DNA of 63,628 bases, filler included, from Octopus bimaculoides (lineage: Eukaryota): assembly GCF_001194135.2 (NCBI RefSeq). It is 6 parts of 5 records of this genome, joined end to end, with 100 filler letters (N's around TTAATTAATTAA, not from the genome) between each part and the next. Parts side by side here need not be neighbours in the genome. Positions count along the whole stretch, not along the records: positions 12,209 to 19,146 come from NC_069005.1; positions 19,247 to 24,254 come from NC_069005.1; positions 24,355 to 43,853 come from NC_068989.1; 3 more parts are not named here. The stretch is one strand, 5' to 3'. The notes below the pieces were generated by a model. It ran no database searches and was not told the DNA's origin. It saw only the letters and a list, made by a program, of their open reading frames with translations. This document shows, piece after piece, positions 13,221-26,483 of the stretch; within the stretch, counting starts at the first letter, position 1, and each line of letters opens with the position of its first letter. A program made the translations under genes and the position numbers.

Positions 13221-13348
13221 CTGTTGTAAATGCAGCCATTTTGTCGTTTAAATAGTCCAAATTTCCACAGCGCGACGTGGTCATTAGAATTGTGGTGGGC
13301 TTGTCCATAACTCCGGTTACTTGAAGCCCATTGAATTTTTGAAATTTT
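13221..13348 (-). CDS. Internal exon of a matrix metalloproteinase (pro-domain with cysteine switch)
   Basis: 128 nt, phase 2->1, TTTTTCATCAG acceptor, CAG|GTGAGC donor; KFQKFNGLQVTGVMDKPTTILMTTSRCGNLDYLNDKMAAFTT(G) matches the MMP pattern FQxFxGLxVTGxLDxxTxxxMxxPRCGxPD. Confidence 0.85.
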
Positions 13349-13763
13349 CTGATGAAAAATATAATATAAAAAATCATAAGAATGAAATTTAAAAATAGGA
13401 CAAAAGTATGATACACGGGGGTGGGGAATGTCATACAAACAAATCGGTGAGGAAGCATATATTTTTATATGTTATCATTTCCCTTTTATTTGTTTCAGTC
13501 ACTGACTATGACCATGTTACGGTACCATCTTCAAGGAATTAATTGAACAAATCAGCCCCAGGGTATAGCATTTCAAAAGCAAACATCTGGTACTTATTCT
13601 ATCGGTCTCTTTTACCAGTGGGTTTGTAAACAGAGCAACACCAGTTGTCAAGCAGTGAGGTGGGGCTGTGAACCCAAACACACATACAGATATACATAAT
13701 GCATGAACGCATACATGCACACATACACACATACATACATATATACATGTATATGTATAAAGA

Positions 13764-13799
<36 letters not shown>

Positions 13800-14569
13800 T
13801 GTATGTATGTATGTATGTATGTATATATATATATATATATANNNNNNNNNNNNNNNNNNNNNNNNNNNNNNNNNNNNNNNNNNNNNNNNNNNNNNNNNNN
13901 NNNNNNNNNNNNNNNNNNNNNNNNNNNNNNNNNNNNNNNNNNNNNNNNNNNNNNNNNNNNNNNNNNNNNNNNNNNNNNNNNNNNNNNNNNNNNNNNNNNN
14001 NNNNNNNNNNNNNNNNNNNNNNNNNNNNNNNNNNNNNNNNNNNNNNNNNNNNNNNNNNNNNNNNNNNNNNNNNNNNNNNNNNNNNNNNNNNNNNNNNNNN
14101 NNNNNNNNNNNNNNNNNNNNNNNNNNNNNNNNNNNNNNNNNNNNNNNNNNNNNNNNNNNNNNNNNNNNNNNNNNNNNNNNNNNNNNNNNNNNNNNNNNNN
14201 NNNNNNNNNNNNNNNNNNNNNNNNNNNNNNNNNNNNNNNNNNNNNNNNNNNNNNNNNNNNNNNNNNNNNNNNNNNNNNNNNNNNNNNNNNNNNNNNNNNN
14301 NNNNNNNNNNNNNNNNNNNNNNNNNNNNNNNNNNNNNNNNNNNNNNNNNNNNNNNNNNNNNNNNNNNNNNNNNNNNNNNNNNNNNNNNNNNNNNNNNNNN
14401 NNNNNNNNNNNNNNNNNNNNNNNNNNNNNNNNNNNNNNNNNNNNNNNNNNNNNNNNNNNNNNNNNNNNNNNNNNNNNNNNNNNNNNNNNNNNNNNNNNNN
14501 NNNNNNNNNNNNNNNNNNNNNNNNNNNNNNNNNNNNNNNNNNNNNNNNNNNNNNNNNNNNNNNNTATAT

Positions 14570-14648
14570 ATCAAAAATCAAAATAAGCAACAAGGATATT
14601 CAAGGTTATCCTTGTTGAATATCCTTGTTCCTTATTTTGATTTTTGAT
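14570..14648. repeat. Short fold-back (MITE-like) inverted repeat
   Basis: ATCAAAAATCAAAATAAGCAACAAGGATATTCAA ... TTGAATATCCTTGTTCCTTATTTTGATTTTTGAT, ~34-bp arms. Confidence 0.75.
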
Positions 14649-15172
14649 CACCTTATTTTTGGGAATTGTTCGGATAATACCATACTAAATTCTGGTGCCT
14701 AAACTTAAGTACCATATTCACTTTTAATCTAAATTTTATATATATATATAGGTAAGTAGAGTGAGCGGTTAGAATAACCGTCTAAGAGCTAAGAATATCC
14801 GTAATTGCTACCGGTGTAAATTAACTATGTTAACCCTGGACATGGGTATACAAGCATACTATGCACTAAGAATACAGGTAATAACAGAATAAGCGAGAGT
14901 TTATCAGAAATCAAATTTGATTCCTGATAAACTTTCGTTTATATATATTATTTTGCTTTTATTGTTTTACTTGTTTCAGTCAGTTGCTTGCGGTCATGTT
15001 GGAGCACCGCAACAAAGTCGACTCTTGGACTTATTCTTTGTAAACCTAGTACTTATTCCATCGGTTTTTTTTTTGCCGAACCGCTAAGCCACGGTGACAT
15101 AAACACACCAGCATCGGTATTGTCAATCGATGGCGCGGTGGCAGACACACACACACACACACAAATATATAC

Positions 15173-15203
<31 letters not shown>

Positions 15204-15669
15204 NNNNNNNNNNNNNNNNNNNNNNNNNNNNNNNNNNNNNNNNNNNNNNNNNNNNNNNNNNNNNNNNNNNNNNNNNNNNNNNNNNNNNNNNNNNNNNNNN
15301 NNNNNNNNNNNNNNNNNNNNNNNNNNNNNNNNNNNNNNNNNNNNNNNNNNNNNNNNNNNNNNNNNNNNNNNNNNNNNNNNNNNNNNNNNNNNNNNNNNNN
15401 NNNNNNNNNNNNNNNNNNNNNNNNNNNNNNNNNNNNNNNNNNNNNNNNNNNNNNNNNNNNNNNNNNNNNNNNNNNNNNNNNNNNNNNNNNNNNNNNNNNN
15501 NNNNNNNNNNNNNNNNNNNNNNNNNNNNAAATTGGTTTTTTCTCATCTTGTATGAAGAATACCGAACGCCTTCATGCACTACCTGCCTGATAAGAGACTC
15601 CCATGTCCCTGGCGATTCACCTGATTGATTTGGAAGGATCATTGTCAATCATGGCCCGGATCTCACCAA

Positions 15670-17689
15670 GAAATTCAACCCCCAATCTGACACATCTACA
15701 CTCCTTTGTCTGGCCGAACTTACCCTCTCACTTAATTGCTTCTCGTTCGCAGATGATTTTTACCAGCAGTTTTCGGAAGTGGCCATGGGAACGAGAATGG
15801 GCCCCAACTATGCGAACCTGTTCGTTGGCTACATCGAGGCCCAAATATTCTCAAGTTTCACTGGTCCAACTCCTATATTGATGACTATATCGGTGCGAAC
15901 TCACTCTCCCTCGAACTTCCTCTCTTTTGTCAAATCTTTCCATCCTGCCCTCCACTTCTCCAGCACTATTTCCGATACCTCAGTCGCCTTTCTCGGCATT
16001 TCGGTCAGCATTCATCACTCCACTCTTACCACCTTCATCCACTACAAACACACAGACTCACATTCATACCTCAACTTCTCCTCCTTCCACCCTAAACAGA
16101 CCAAGCTCTCCATCCCCTATTCCCAATTCCTCTGTCTATGCGGGCTCTGCAGTGACGACCATGACTTTGAGACTCAGTCTCAACTCATGGCTCGCTACTT
16201 CATCCTACATAGATATCCCCTCACCACTATTCACACTGCCCTTTCCAGAGCACGTTCCGTGGACCGTGCATCTGCTCTCTCCCACCGCTCTCGCCTCCCG
16301 TTTCCCTTCACCTACCACCCACCACCTACCTCTCCAACGCACCATTCTCCGAACCTTCCGATGATTCCAGTCCGACCCCTCCACTTCGCACATTTTCCCT
16401 AACCTACCCCTCCTCTCCTTCAAACGAGCCCACAACCTACGAGATCTCTTGGTACACAGCTTTTTCCCTAACCCAACCTCCCAACCCGGCTTCCCCTGCT
16501 CCTGCCCACGCTGCCGCACTTTCCCTTACCTCTCCAACACCACCCTCCTCACAAGCACCTATCATCGACCCTATCATATCACTGACTCCTTCACCTGCAC
16601 TTCTAACAACGTCATCTACTGCATCTCCTGCTCTCTCTGTCCTTCTCTATACATCGGTCAAACGGGACACCGCTTGGCTGACCGGAATACCTCCAAGACA
16701 TCAGACCCAGCAACGACAACCCGGTCTCCTGCCATTTCCACTCTACTTGTCACTCCTTACAACGCCTGTCTGTGTTCGGTTTGTCCTTTCACAGGGGCCA
16801 TCCGGACTCCCGTCTTCGCTGTGAGCAGGGATTAGTCTTCTCTCCTCGCTCCTTTGTGCCACATGGGCTCAACTCTCCTCCCCTCTTCATCTAACCCTCC
16901 TCCTCTCTCCTCTCTTCCTTTCACACCTCCTTCCTTCCCCCACCCCTCCTCCCTTGCTTTGACACTTGCTCCCTCTCTTCACTCCTACCCACCTACTCCC
17001 TTCCACCCTCTCCCGTCATCGTCACCCCTCCCTCGTTACCCCACCCCTACACATTCCAACNNNNNNNNNNNNNNNNNNNNNNNNNNNNNNNNNNNNNNNN
17101 NNNNNNNNNNNNNNNNNNNNNNNNNNNNNNNNNNNNNNNNNNNNNNNNNNNNNNNNNNNNNNNNNNNNTAGACCCTACCCTTGCTTCCCTATTCTTCCTT
17201 CCTCCACACACAAACACCACCAAGCCACCACACTACACCACCACCACACCACACACCACCATACCACACCACATCACACCACCCCGCACACACTAGCACT
17301 GACCACTTCCAAGCACCCACACCATCATCCACACACCTACAGATGCACACATGCACACGTTAGGGTCACCAGCTCCCTTCCACACGCACATACACGCTCT
17401 CACATACACACGCACGCCACACCTTCGTTTTGATATCACCACTACTTTATTATCTCCCCTTCTTCCTAGCTCTCCTGTGTGACTCTTCTGTCCAGCATTC
17501 GCCATGATAGTTCGCTAGCCACTAAAACTTTTGTGTTTTCTCTTCCTGTTTATTTCTGTGTTCCTTTCTGTCGAAGAGCGTAGGCTCGAAACGTAAAAGA
17601 CTTTGTCACTTCCCGAGCGTTAAACTAATACATCTGTTTGTTGTTTACACACCCGTCTTCGTCTTTTGTTTTTTGTAAATTCCCACCAT

Positions 17690-17690
<1 letters not shown>
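15670..17690 (+). mobile_element. Penelope-like element (RT + GIY-YIG) with 3' pLTR
   Basis: VAMGTRMGPNYANLFVGYIE, TFIHYKHTDSHSYLNFSSFHP, SIPYSQF, FTCTSNNVIYCISCSLCPSLYIGQTGHRLADR; terminal hammerhead-like motif at 17564-17599. Confidence 0.9.
17564..17599 (+). ncRNA. Minimal Penelope-type hammerhead, variant core CUGUCGA
   Basis: CUUU-CUGUCGA-A-GAGC[GUAG]GCUC-GAAAC-GUA-AAAG: stems I and II pair and stem III is the palindromic ACGU. Confidence 0.6.
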
Positions 17691-17747
<57 letters not shown>

Positions 17748-17873
17748 GTGTATATATATACATATAAGTATATATATATATGTATGTATATGTATATATA
17801 TATACATATATATATGTGTGTGTATATACTATTTATTTATACTATTTATCTATACTATTTATCATGTATTAAA

Positions 17874-17926
17874 GCGCTACCAATTGTTTCGTATTTTGAG
17901 AAAACTCAAACATATTCTTCAGGCGC
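17874..17926 (-). ncRNA. Type I hammerhead motif (left arm of fold-back)
   Basis: Minus: GCGC-CUGAAGA-AUAUGUUUGAG[UUUU]CUCAAAAUAC-GAAAC-AAUUG-GUA-GCGC. Confidence 0.7.
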
Positions 17927-18402
17927 AAACCACATATCATAAAGAACTAAAGACATTGAATAATAGAAGAAACGCGAAAAAACAGAGAAGGCAGCATATA
18001 GAAAACGCAGACAGTAAACAACGGAAAACGAAAAACCGAAAACGAAATGCAGAAACTAAAAGTAAATATAAAAGGTAAACATGTATAAAAGAGCTATCCT
18101 CCTTACAGCTTAAATGATAAGGCTGGAAAGATATCAAATCAGTCAGGAATATGCGGAATTTTCCAATTCTTCAGAATGTATTTATATATTAGCATGCAAC
18201 CACTGAAAATTTAAGGTCTAAAGAGGTTAGCACTTTTTTCATTTCTACCTTTTACTTTTTTTCTGACATTTTAGTTTCTGTTTTCGTTTTCAGTTTTGCG
18301 TTTTTTATTTTTTTTTTTTTTGCGTTTTCTATATGCCGCCTTCTCAGTTTTTTCGCGTTTCTTTTTTATTCAATTTCTTTAGTTCGTTATGATATGTGGT
18401 TT

Positions 18403-18455
18403 GCGCCTGAAGATTATGTTTGAGTTTTCTCAACATATGAAACTATAAGTAGCGC
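18403..18455 (+). ncRNA. Type I hammerhead motif (right arm of fold-back)
   Basis: GCGC-CUGAAGA-UUAUGUUUGAG[UUUU]CUCAACAUAU-GAAAC-UAUAA-GUA-GCGC. Confidence 0.7.
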
Positions 18456-18535
18456 TTTAATACATTAAATAAATAATATTTATCTCTCATCAAATGGATT
18501 ACTTTTTTGTTGAATTTTCTATCACAGATCAGTAC

Positions 18536-18613
<78 letters not shown>

Positions 18614-19249
18614 AAATACGATGCACGTAGGAGTGTTCTCGCATAAGATAAATAAGGAATTAATCAATCTATGCTGGACCTAATTTCTCGCAAAAGTCCA
18701 GAGTCAATGCAAGGAGATAAGAATTAAGATATTCTTCTAAGTTATGTCCCGTGATCTATGTATATATATATATGGGAATCCCGTTCTGTCTCGTTTATTA
18801 TCGTGTATTCTCGTTCTTTATCATGAAGAACAAATCAACAGTACAAAGAAATCAAATGCCAATCCCTTTAAAACAGCAACCCCCTTTAACACTAGAAAAA
18901 TCACCGTATCACTACATCTACACATTCAAAGCAGCTTACCAGCAGTCCTTCAGCATCAACACACTTCTGTTTAACTCAGTGGCTACTGCTAACTTCAGGC
19001 CACGACAGAGAGGATGCTCTTGAAGCCGAGAATTTGAACTTATGGAGACAATATTTACATATCGCTTGAGAAAACACAATTAGATCTCTTAATGCAGGGA
19101 AACGGTTGCATAATCAAGTACCTGCATGTCTAGAGAACTACTTTACNNNNNNNNNNNNNNNNNNNNNNNNNNNNNNNNNNNNNNNNNNNNTTAATTAATT
19201 AANNNNNNNNNNNNNNNNNNNNNNNNNNNNNNNNNNNNNNNNNNNNATA

Positions 19250-20720
19250 CATCATAGAAAGGATTAGGACTAAAGTTGACTTCGGTTGACTTCTGACCAC
19301 TTTCGTTCAGTGGAAAGAATTCAACAGGGTCGACTGTCGTTACTTGGAAGCCGTCTTGAAATCGGTTGGGTCTGCACTCGATTTCAGAGGCTGGATCACT
19401 GTATAGTATAGCGGCACCTGCTCGGTAGTCAAAGTGAACGATCACTTCTCGGAACCGTTTCGCATCTCACGCTCCGTCTGTCAAGGCTCCCCACTCTCCC
19501 CTCTTCTGTAGTATTGGCTCTTGACATCACATTTCATCTGGGATCCGTATGCAGACGACATCACATATATGGTGTCGAATACCAGCGAAGTGGAGACGTC
19601 CGGTACCATTCTAAGGGAATACGAGACAGTAGCAGCGGCGAAGTTGAAGAGAGAGACAATTCGATGGGCTTGAAGTTGGGCACCTGGACTAATAAACCTG
19701 GTTAGGTCCCTCCCTCCAAGTTTGCCGGAAATGGAAGAGTGATGGGCATGGTGGGGCCAATCGTACTCAGAAAGGGTCGAGAGAAAGCCCTGCAAGTCTG
19801 ACATAGATGGCGAATGCCTTCATCGCCTGCGCTATTATTTACCATCAGAATGTTTTATCTTGTTTCAGATACCGCCTGCTCAAGTTGAAGCGACTGTTAT
19901 TCAGTTTCATGTGGAAGGGACGCATCCTACTTGTCAAGTCACCCATTTTCTGCCAACACCCTCTCTATGGTGGTTTAGACATGCTTTGGTTTTGGTGCAC
20001 AAGCGTGTACTGTGGTTGAGCCACTAGTAAACGATAGCTGGACTGCGATCGTTTGTGGGCACCGTTCGTGAGGCATGTCTTTTCGAAGCTCGACTCCTTG
20101 ACAGAGCAGCAGCCCCGGCAAAACAAAAACCGAGAGTGGGTGACTGACGTTCTTGGGTTGTCTTGGAGTGTCGACGAAAATATTGGAGGGTAATTTCCCG
20201 AGGACTTTCAGCTCGAGAACTGCTGTGGTTAATTCCCAGAAGTCCTTCAAATATCATTGCTACTAAGGACCGCTAATGATTCGCGATCAACGCCACCGAC
20301 ACGGAAGTTCTGTCAGACAAGCCTATTTGAGAAGCGCTCAGAGCGACAAAATATCTTTGCATGCAATCGTTCAGTGTCCATGCACTGCGGGATTGTGAAA
20401 TTTGTCGAATAGCTGTTGTCGCGTGGAGGACGGATTCCGCTACCAGCCGAATCAAAAGTAAGGGTTATTCAGCTGCTCTCTTTTAATTGGACGGCAGTTT
20501 TCTTCAGCGAAAGCGGTTGTGCTGTGAACAAAATTAAAAGAGACAGATATTCCTCTTTGGAAGAGGCCTCATTGACATTTTGGAGTTTCAATTGAAAAAG
20601 GTGAGGTGGGAGAGAGAGGTGCTATCGTCGAGTGAATGTATTGAATAGTGGATGAAAGCGGCGAAAATAATAAGACGTCCTTCAGGTGTCTTGAGGTGTC
20701 AACGAAATATAATAGGGCAT
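19250..20720 (+). mobile_element. Degenerate Tx1/L1-like LINE RT and 3' region
   Basis: EFNRVDCRYLEAVLK, SRSVCQGSPLSPLL, YADDITYMVSNTSEVETSGTILREYETVAAAKL, CQHPLYGGL. Confidence 0.88.
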
Positions 20721-20796
20721 TTTCCTGAAGACTTTCAGCTAGAGGGCTACTATGAATAATTTCCACAAATCCTGTACTTGTTGTTACTGCTAAAGA

Positions 20797-21200
20797 CCAA
20801 GGCGGCGAGTTGGCAGAACCGTTAGCACACCGGGCGAAATGCTTAACGGTATTTTGTCTGCCGCTACGTTCTGAGTTCAAATTCCGCCGAGGTCGACTTT
20901 GCCTTTCATCCTTTCGGGGTCGATTAAATAAGTACCAGTTACGCACTGGGGTCGATATAATCGACTTAATCTGTTTGTCTGTCCTTGTTTGTCCCCTCTG
21001 TGTATAACCCCTTGTGGGCAGTAAAGAAATAGGTATTTCGTTTGCTGCTATGCTCTGAGTTCAAATTCTGCCGAGGTCGACTTTGCCTTTCATCCTTTCG
21101 GGGTCGATGAAATAAATACGAGTCACATGCTGGAGCCGATGTAATCGACTAGACCCCTCCCCTGAATTTCAGGCCTTGTGCCTATAGTAGAAAGGATTAT
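20797..21200 (+). mobile_element. SINE family A, tandem copies (one full length)
   Basis: tRNA-like head GGCGGCGAGTTGGCAGAACCGTTAGC...GAGTTCAAATTCC; related copies near 22.8, 32.1, 32.2, 33.4, 38.3, 40.5(-) and 41.2 kb. Confidence 0.85.
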
Positions 21201-22188
21201 TTCTCAAACTCCTTAAATCACAAGAGGTTTTTGAGCATTCAGAAATGTGCAACAAGAAACATATTTTGAAGTCATGAAATGGTGTTATCCTATTTTACTG
21301 GCCAAAACCGTTTGTGTCTGCTACACTTGTGTCGGTTTTCTCAGAATATATTTCAAACATGAAACTATTTCCTGTACCATCAATGTTTTAGATTGAACTA
21401 CTTTAATTTATATTTTCCAGTACGACGAGAATTCGATGAGGAAGAAACTGGAAAAAAAAAAAAAAATTATAATTATTTTTTAATCAATAAAGATTAATTC
21501 GTTTTTTGATACGCTCCAATTATTTCTGCCAAATTCTTACAGTATTATGGATATTTATTTATTATTGTTATTAATTTATAGTTGTTTTTTCTTTGAGAAA
21601 TGCTAAAACCTTACAAATATTTCTACTTGCTCATAATCTCAAGGGAATGATGCTGCTCTCAGACTTTTCAATATTCTATCCAACCGGAAATGGTCGAGAA
21701 TTGTTACATGACACACGCGCTCGCACACACACACACGCACACACGCACACACACATACGCACGCGTGTGCGCAATGTATGTGTAGTTTCTATAAATCAAA
21801 TCAGCAAGAACTAAAGAAAAAATAGGTCTCACGTGAATATAATTGCATATTTAAAACATGATAATATAGTTTCTCTTCCCCTCCCAACATATATGCCAAG
21901 AGAGAGAGAGAGAGAGAGAGTAAAAGTGAAAGAGAGGAAGAAATAGGAAAAAGAGTGTGAGAGGCGGCCCATCATCGTCAGCCGGTTCCCACAGGAACCA
22001 TCGTTTTATGACTGAGTGATGTCAATTGGAGTAACACCTCAATGAAAAAAAAAACAAAAAACATTTGACCCTTGGACAAGAATAGGTATGTAGATAGATA
22101 GATAGATAGATAGATAACTAGATGGATAAATAAATAGATAGATAGATAACTAGATGGATAAATAAATAGATAGATAGATAACTAGATG

Positions 22189-22226
<38 letters not shown>

Positions 22227-23640
22227 AAACTATATAGATAGATAGATAGATAGATAGAAAACTATATGGATAGATAGATGAATAAATAGATAGATAGATA
22301 GATAGATAGAGAGATAGATAGATATGTCTTCAAAAGTATTTAGTAAGAAACTATGGAAAATTTTAGTAATTGAGTATGAAAATAAGACACCAATGGAATA
22401 TTCATTTATTACACATTGATCCTATGTTTATCCAGAGGTGAAGTGTATCTTCATTTTTACCTTATATAGAGTTGAAATGTATACCGCGTTATCGATACAT
22501 CCACATTGTACTTCTTCACTACATTGCACAATATCTTGTGCAATCAGTATGACTGTCTTTTATGTCCACCTCGCAACCACCGTGAATCAGCCTGTATGAT
22601 GAATGCCTGTCGTTATAATCGCGTATAAAATTCTCAAACGGTTATGGTTATCAAAACTATTGTCTTTAATCTCTGTCTAACACTGGTTTCAATTTTTGGC
22701 ACAATGCCAGCAATTTGTGGGGGTGGGGATAAGTCGATTTCACCGACCCAGTATTCGACGGGTACTTATTTTATTGACCCCCACCCACCCCAATATTATT
22801 AACGTCCAGTTTATGCCAGCGAGCTGGCAGTCATTAGCACGCTTAGCGGCATTTTGTCCGCCTTCACGTTTTGTGTTCAAATTCAGCCGAGGTCCTTTCA
22901 TTCTTTCGGGGCCGATAAAATCAGTACCAGTTGAGTCGATGTAATCGATTTACCTCCACCCCCAAAATTGCTGGCCTTGTGTCAACATTTGAAATCAGTA
23001 TTAACGGCCAGTTGTGGTTTATCTAAAGGGCTCCGTTCCGTTATGATTACAATAAGCACCATCCAACGTATATTTCTTCCTTCTGAAGCAAAGCTGATAT
23101 TCGAAACCTTGTGTTTTTTTTTCCACTCCCCTCCCCAAATCAATAAACTGCAATTTATTTTTGATCTATGATTTCTTTTCTTTTTTTCTTTTCATCACTG
23201 CTACATTAACACTGTATGTATTGTATAGCATGTTAGTATTGCAGTATTTTAATTACCTCGTTAAACCCGTTCCGATTGACCAAACTATCAGAGCGTGTCA
23301 GCTGTGTAACTGAAGATTTGTCACATAACATACTGTTTAATTAATTTATCCTAATTGATATTCAAATGGCTATTGTTCAGCTCCAGTCACAATATTTACT
23401 GTCTTTTCACTTAACACATCACATTCATATATATATATATATATACATATAAAGTACCGAAACATCTAGTTAGAATAGAGGCAGCTGACGAAGGATTTAT
23501 TCCAAGTGGCTATCTGTTTTCCTATGTGTTCGTTCCGTTGTCTGTAGTTCATTGTTCTAACGTCCTGTACCCTGATATGCATCTATATACACATGTAAGT
23601 ATGTACATATATGTGTGTATACATGCATATATATTCTTTG

Positions 23641-23677
<37 letters not shown>

Positions 23678-24061
23678 TGCACACTCTCAAATGCATAGAC
23701 ATATACAGACACACATGCACAAGAACATATACACTCATACATACACATACACATAAGCGTTTCCATTTATTCATACACATTTACATACCAGTAAATGTAT
23801 TGCATGGAAGACATACACACATACATGTATATATATATGTATGTATACATTTTTGAATACGCATATATACCTATGCATGCATGTCTCAGTGTGCTTATAT
23901 ATTCTCATTTCCCCACAAACGTAACCATCTGTCTTGGCCAGTTATCAATCTTTTAATGTCACATCTAACGTTTGCAAAGTAATGGAGACGGCCATTAACA
24001 AGGACGTTCTCCAACACCTTCAATTTCTCTCTTTCACTAACTCTCTGTCTGTCTGTTTGGC

Positions 24062-24110
<49 letters not shown>

Positions 24111-24545
24111 TTCTCTCTCTCTGGGCTGAATGACAAACAGTTTGGCGCCCGCATAATGTGTTTAAAATATCTATTTATCTTTACCGAAAACAATAATATT
24201 TTTAAAAAGAGGACCCTAGAAGAATGAACATATTTCAAACCTCCCTGGTACATTNNNNNNNNNNNNNNNNNNNNNNNNNNNNNNNNNNNNNNNNNNNNTT
24301 AATTAATTAANNNNNNNNNNNNNNNNNNNNNNNNNNNNNNNNNNNNNNNNNNNNTAGGAACGAGGAAGATATGTTTGAATTTTTGGAAATAAGGCTCTAA
24401 ATAGAGCTATTTCCGATTTGAAAAATATATGTTCACGAAGTATTTTGTGTTATACACAACTTATACAAAATTTTAAAACAAAATAGGTCTTTTAAGAGGT
24501 GAAAAATGCAACTTACATGGGAGCCGATGTGTCTACCGTCCGTCC

Positions 24546-24589
<44 letters not shown>

Positions 24590-24626
24590 GTAGGGAGGTA
24601 GATAGGTAGGGAGGTAGGTAAGTAGG

Positions 24627-24692
<66 letters not shown>

Positions 24693-26235
24693 CACACACA
24701 CATATATATATATATGTGTGTATATATATCTATGTGTGGCTGTGATAGCATGAAAAAGCACCAAAGTTTTGAGGGGCGACTCCATCGACTAAACCCGTCA
24801 ACGTGGTGCCCCAGTATGGCCGCAGTCAAATGGCTAAAACAAGTAAAAAAAATAAAAGAATAAATACATAGACCTGTATATATTAATATATATGCATTGT
24901 ACGTAGGTCTTCTTTCACCAGAATACAAATCTAATCTCTTTCTCCTCACATTTGTTTCTGCTTTATTTTTTCTGTCATTTTATCTGTTTATTTAGTTATC
25001 GCGGTACCAACACTATATCTCATCCATCACCGCGATAACCACCTAAACCAACACCGCAAACACCACCTCGACCAAAAGCAACTAACATCACCTTTCACTG
25101 TTATCAGTCCTTATTAATTTCATCGTCACCATCATCATCGTAATCATCACCATCATCATCATCATCATCGTAATCATCACCATCATCATCATCACCATCA
25201 GCGTCACCATCAGCGTCATCACCATTATGATCATCGTCATCATCACCGTCACCACCACCACACCCACCACCACCACCACACCCACCACCACACCCATNNN
25301 NNNNNNNNNNNNNNNNNNNNNNNNNNNNNNNNNNNNNNNNNNNNNNNNNNNNNNNNNNNNNNNNNNNNNNNNNNNNNNNNNNNNNNNNNNNNNNNNNNNN
25401 NNNNNNNNNNNNNNNNNNNNNNNNNNNNNNNNNNNNNNNNNNNNNNNNNNNNNNNNNNNNNNNNNNNNNNNNNNNNNNNNNNNNNNNNNNNNNNNNNNNN
25501 NNNNNNNNNNNNNNNNNNNNNNNNNNNNNNNNNNNNNNNNNNNNNNNNNNNNNNNNNNNNNNNNNNNNNNNNNNNNNNNNNNNNNNNNNNNNNNNNNNNN
25601 NNNNNNNNNNNNNNNNNNNNNNNNNNNNNNNNNNNNNNNNNNNNNNNNNNNNNNNNNNNNNNNNNNNNNNNNNNNNNNNNNNNNNNNNNNNNNNNNNNNN
25701 NNNNNNNNNNNNNNNNNNNNNNNNNNNNNNNNNNNNNNNNNNNNNNNNNNNNNNNNNNNNNNNNNNNNNNNNNNNNNNNNNNNNNNNNNNNNNNNNNNGA
25801 TATTTCTTTCTTTTTTTTTTTGCCCTTATCGTTCTTATTATTATTCATATTTATTATCGCCGTCCACATCGTTCGTCGTATCCTACATTCTCTCTCTCTG
25901 TTTTTTTTTTCTTTGCTTGTTTCTTTCTTTGCTTTTTTTTTTTTCGTCTTTTCTTTTTCCTTCGCCATTGTGTCTCGCGTGATTTGGCGTTCGGAAGCGT
26001 GAGAATAGTTGCCAAACAAACGTTGAAAGAGATTAAGTAATATGGCGCTACAGATAATTCCGCCACCCTGACAAGATAATCTCGGCCAGTATTCAGGAAA
26101 CCTGGCAACATCACTATCCTTTGCAGGGCAACAGGGCAATAAAGACAACACATACAAAAAGACAAAAAAAAAACAATAACAATAACAAGAAATGCCTTAC
26201 CGATAAATGCGCCATCACCCACCAGTAGCACTACG

Positions 26236-26280
<45 letters not shown>

Positions 26281-26302
26281 GCTGCTGCTACTACTGCTAC
26301 TG

Positions 26303-26340
<38 letters not shown>

Positions 26341-26416
26341 GCTACTACTACTACTACTACTGTTGCTGCTGCTTCTACTACTACCACTACTACTTTTAAT
26401 ACAGTTACTTCTGCTG

Positions 26417-26447
<31 letters not shown>

Positions 26448-26483
26448 AGCTACTAGTGCTGCTACTACTACTACGACTACAAC

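Noticed and set aside
13517-14647. Long ORFs made of X, and HT/YI/VC/poly-V/poly-L ORFs throughout
   Set aside because: Products of N gaps and di-, tri- or tetranucleotide microsatellites.
14652-14683. Possible upstream MMP exon YGISEQFPKI(R), phase 0->2
   Set aside because: Phase fits, but the acceptor is weak, the donor abuts a MITE and the YLxxYGYL pattern is missing.
20797-20890. tRNA-like sequences with A/B boxes
   Set aside because: They continue into SINE bodies and form no full cloverleaf; not tRNA genes.
23450-23520. Hammerhead-like halves (GAAACATCTAGT; CTGACGAAGGA..TCC)
   Set aside because: Wrong order or missing GAAA; stem I does not close.
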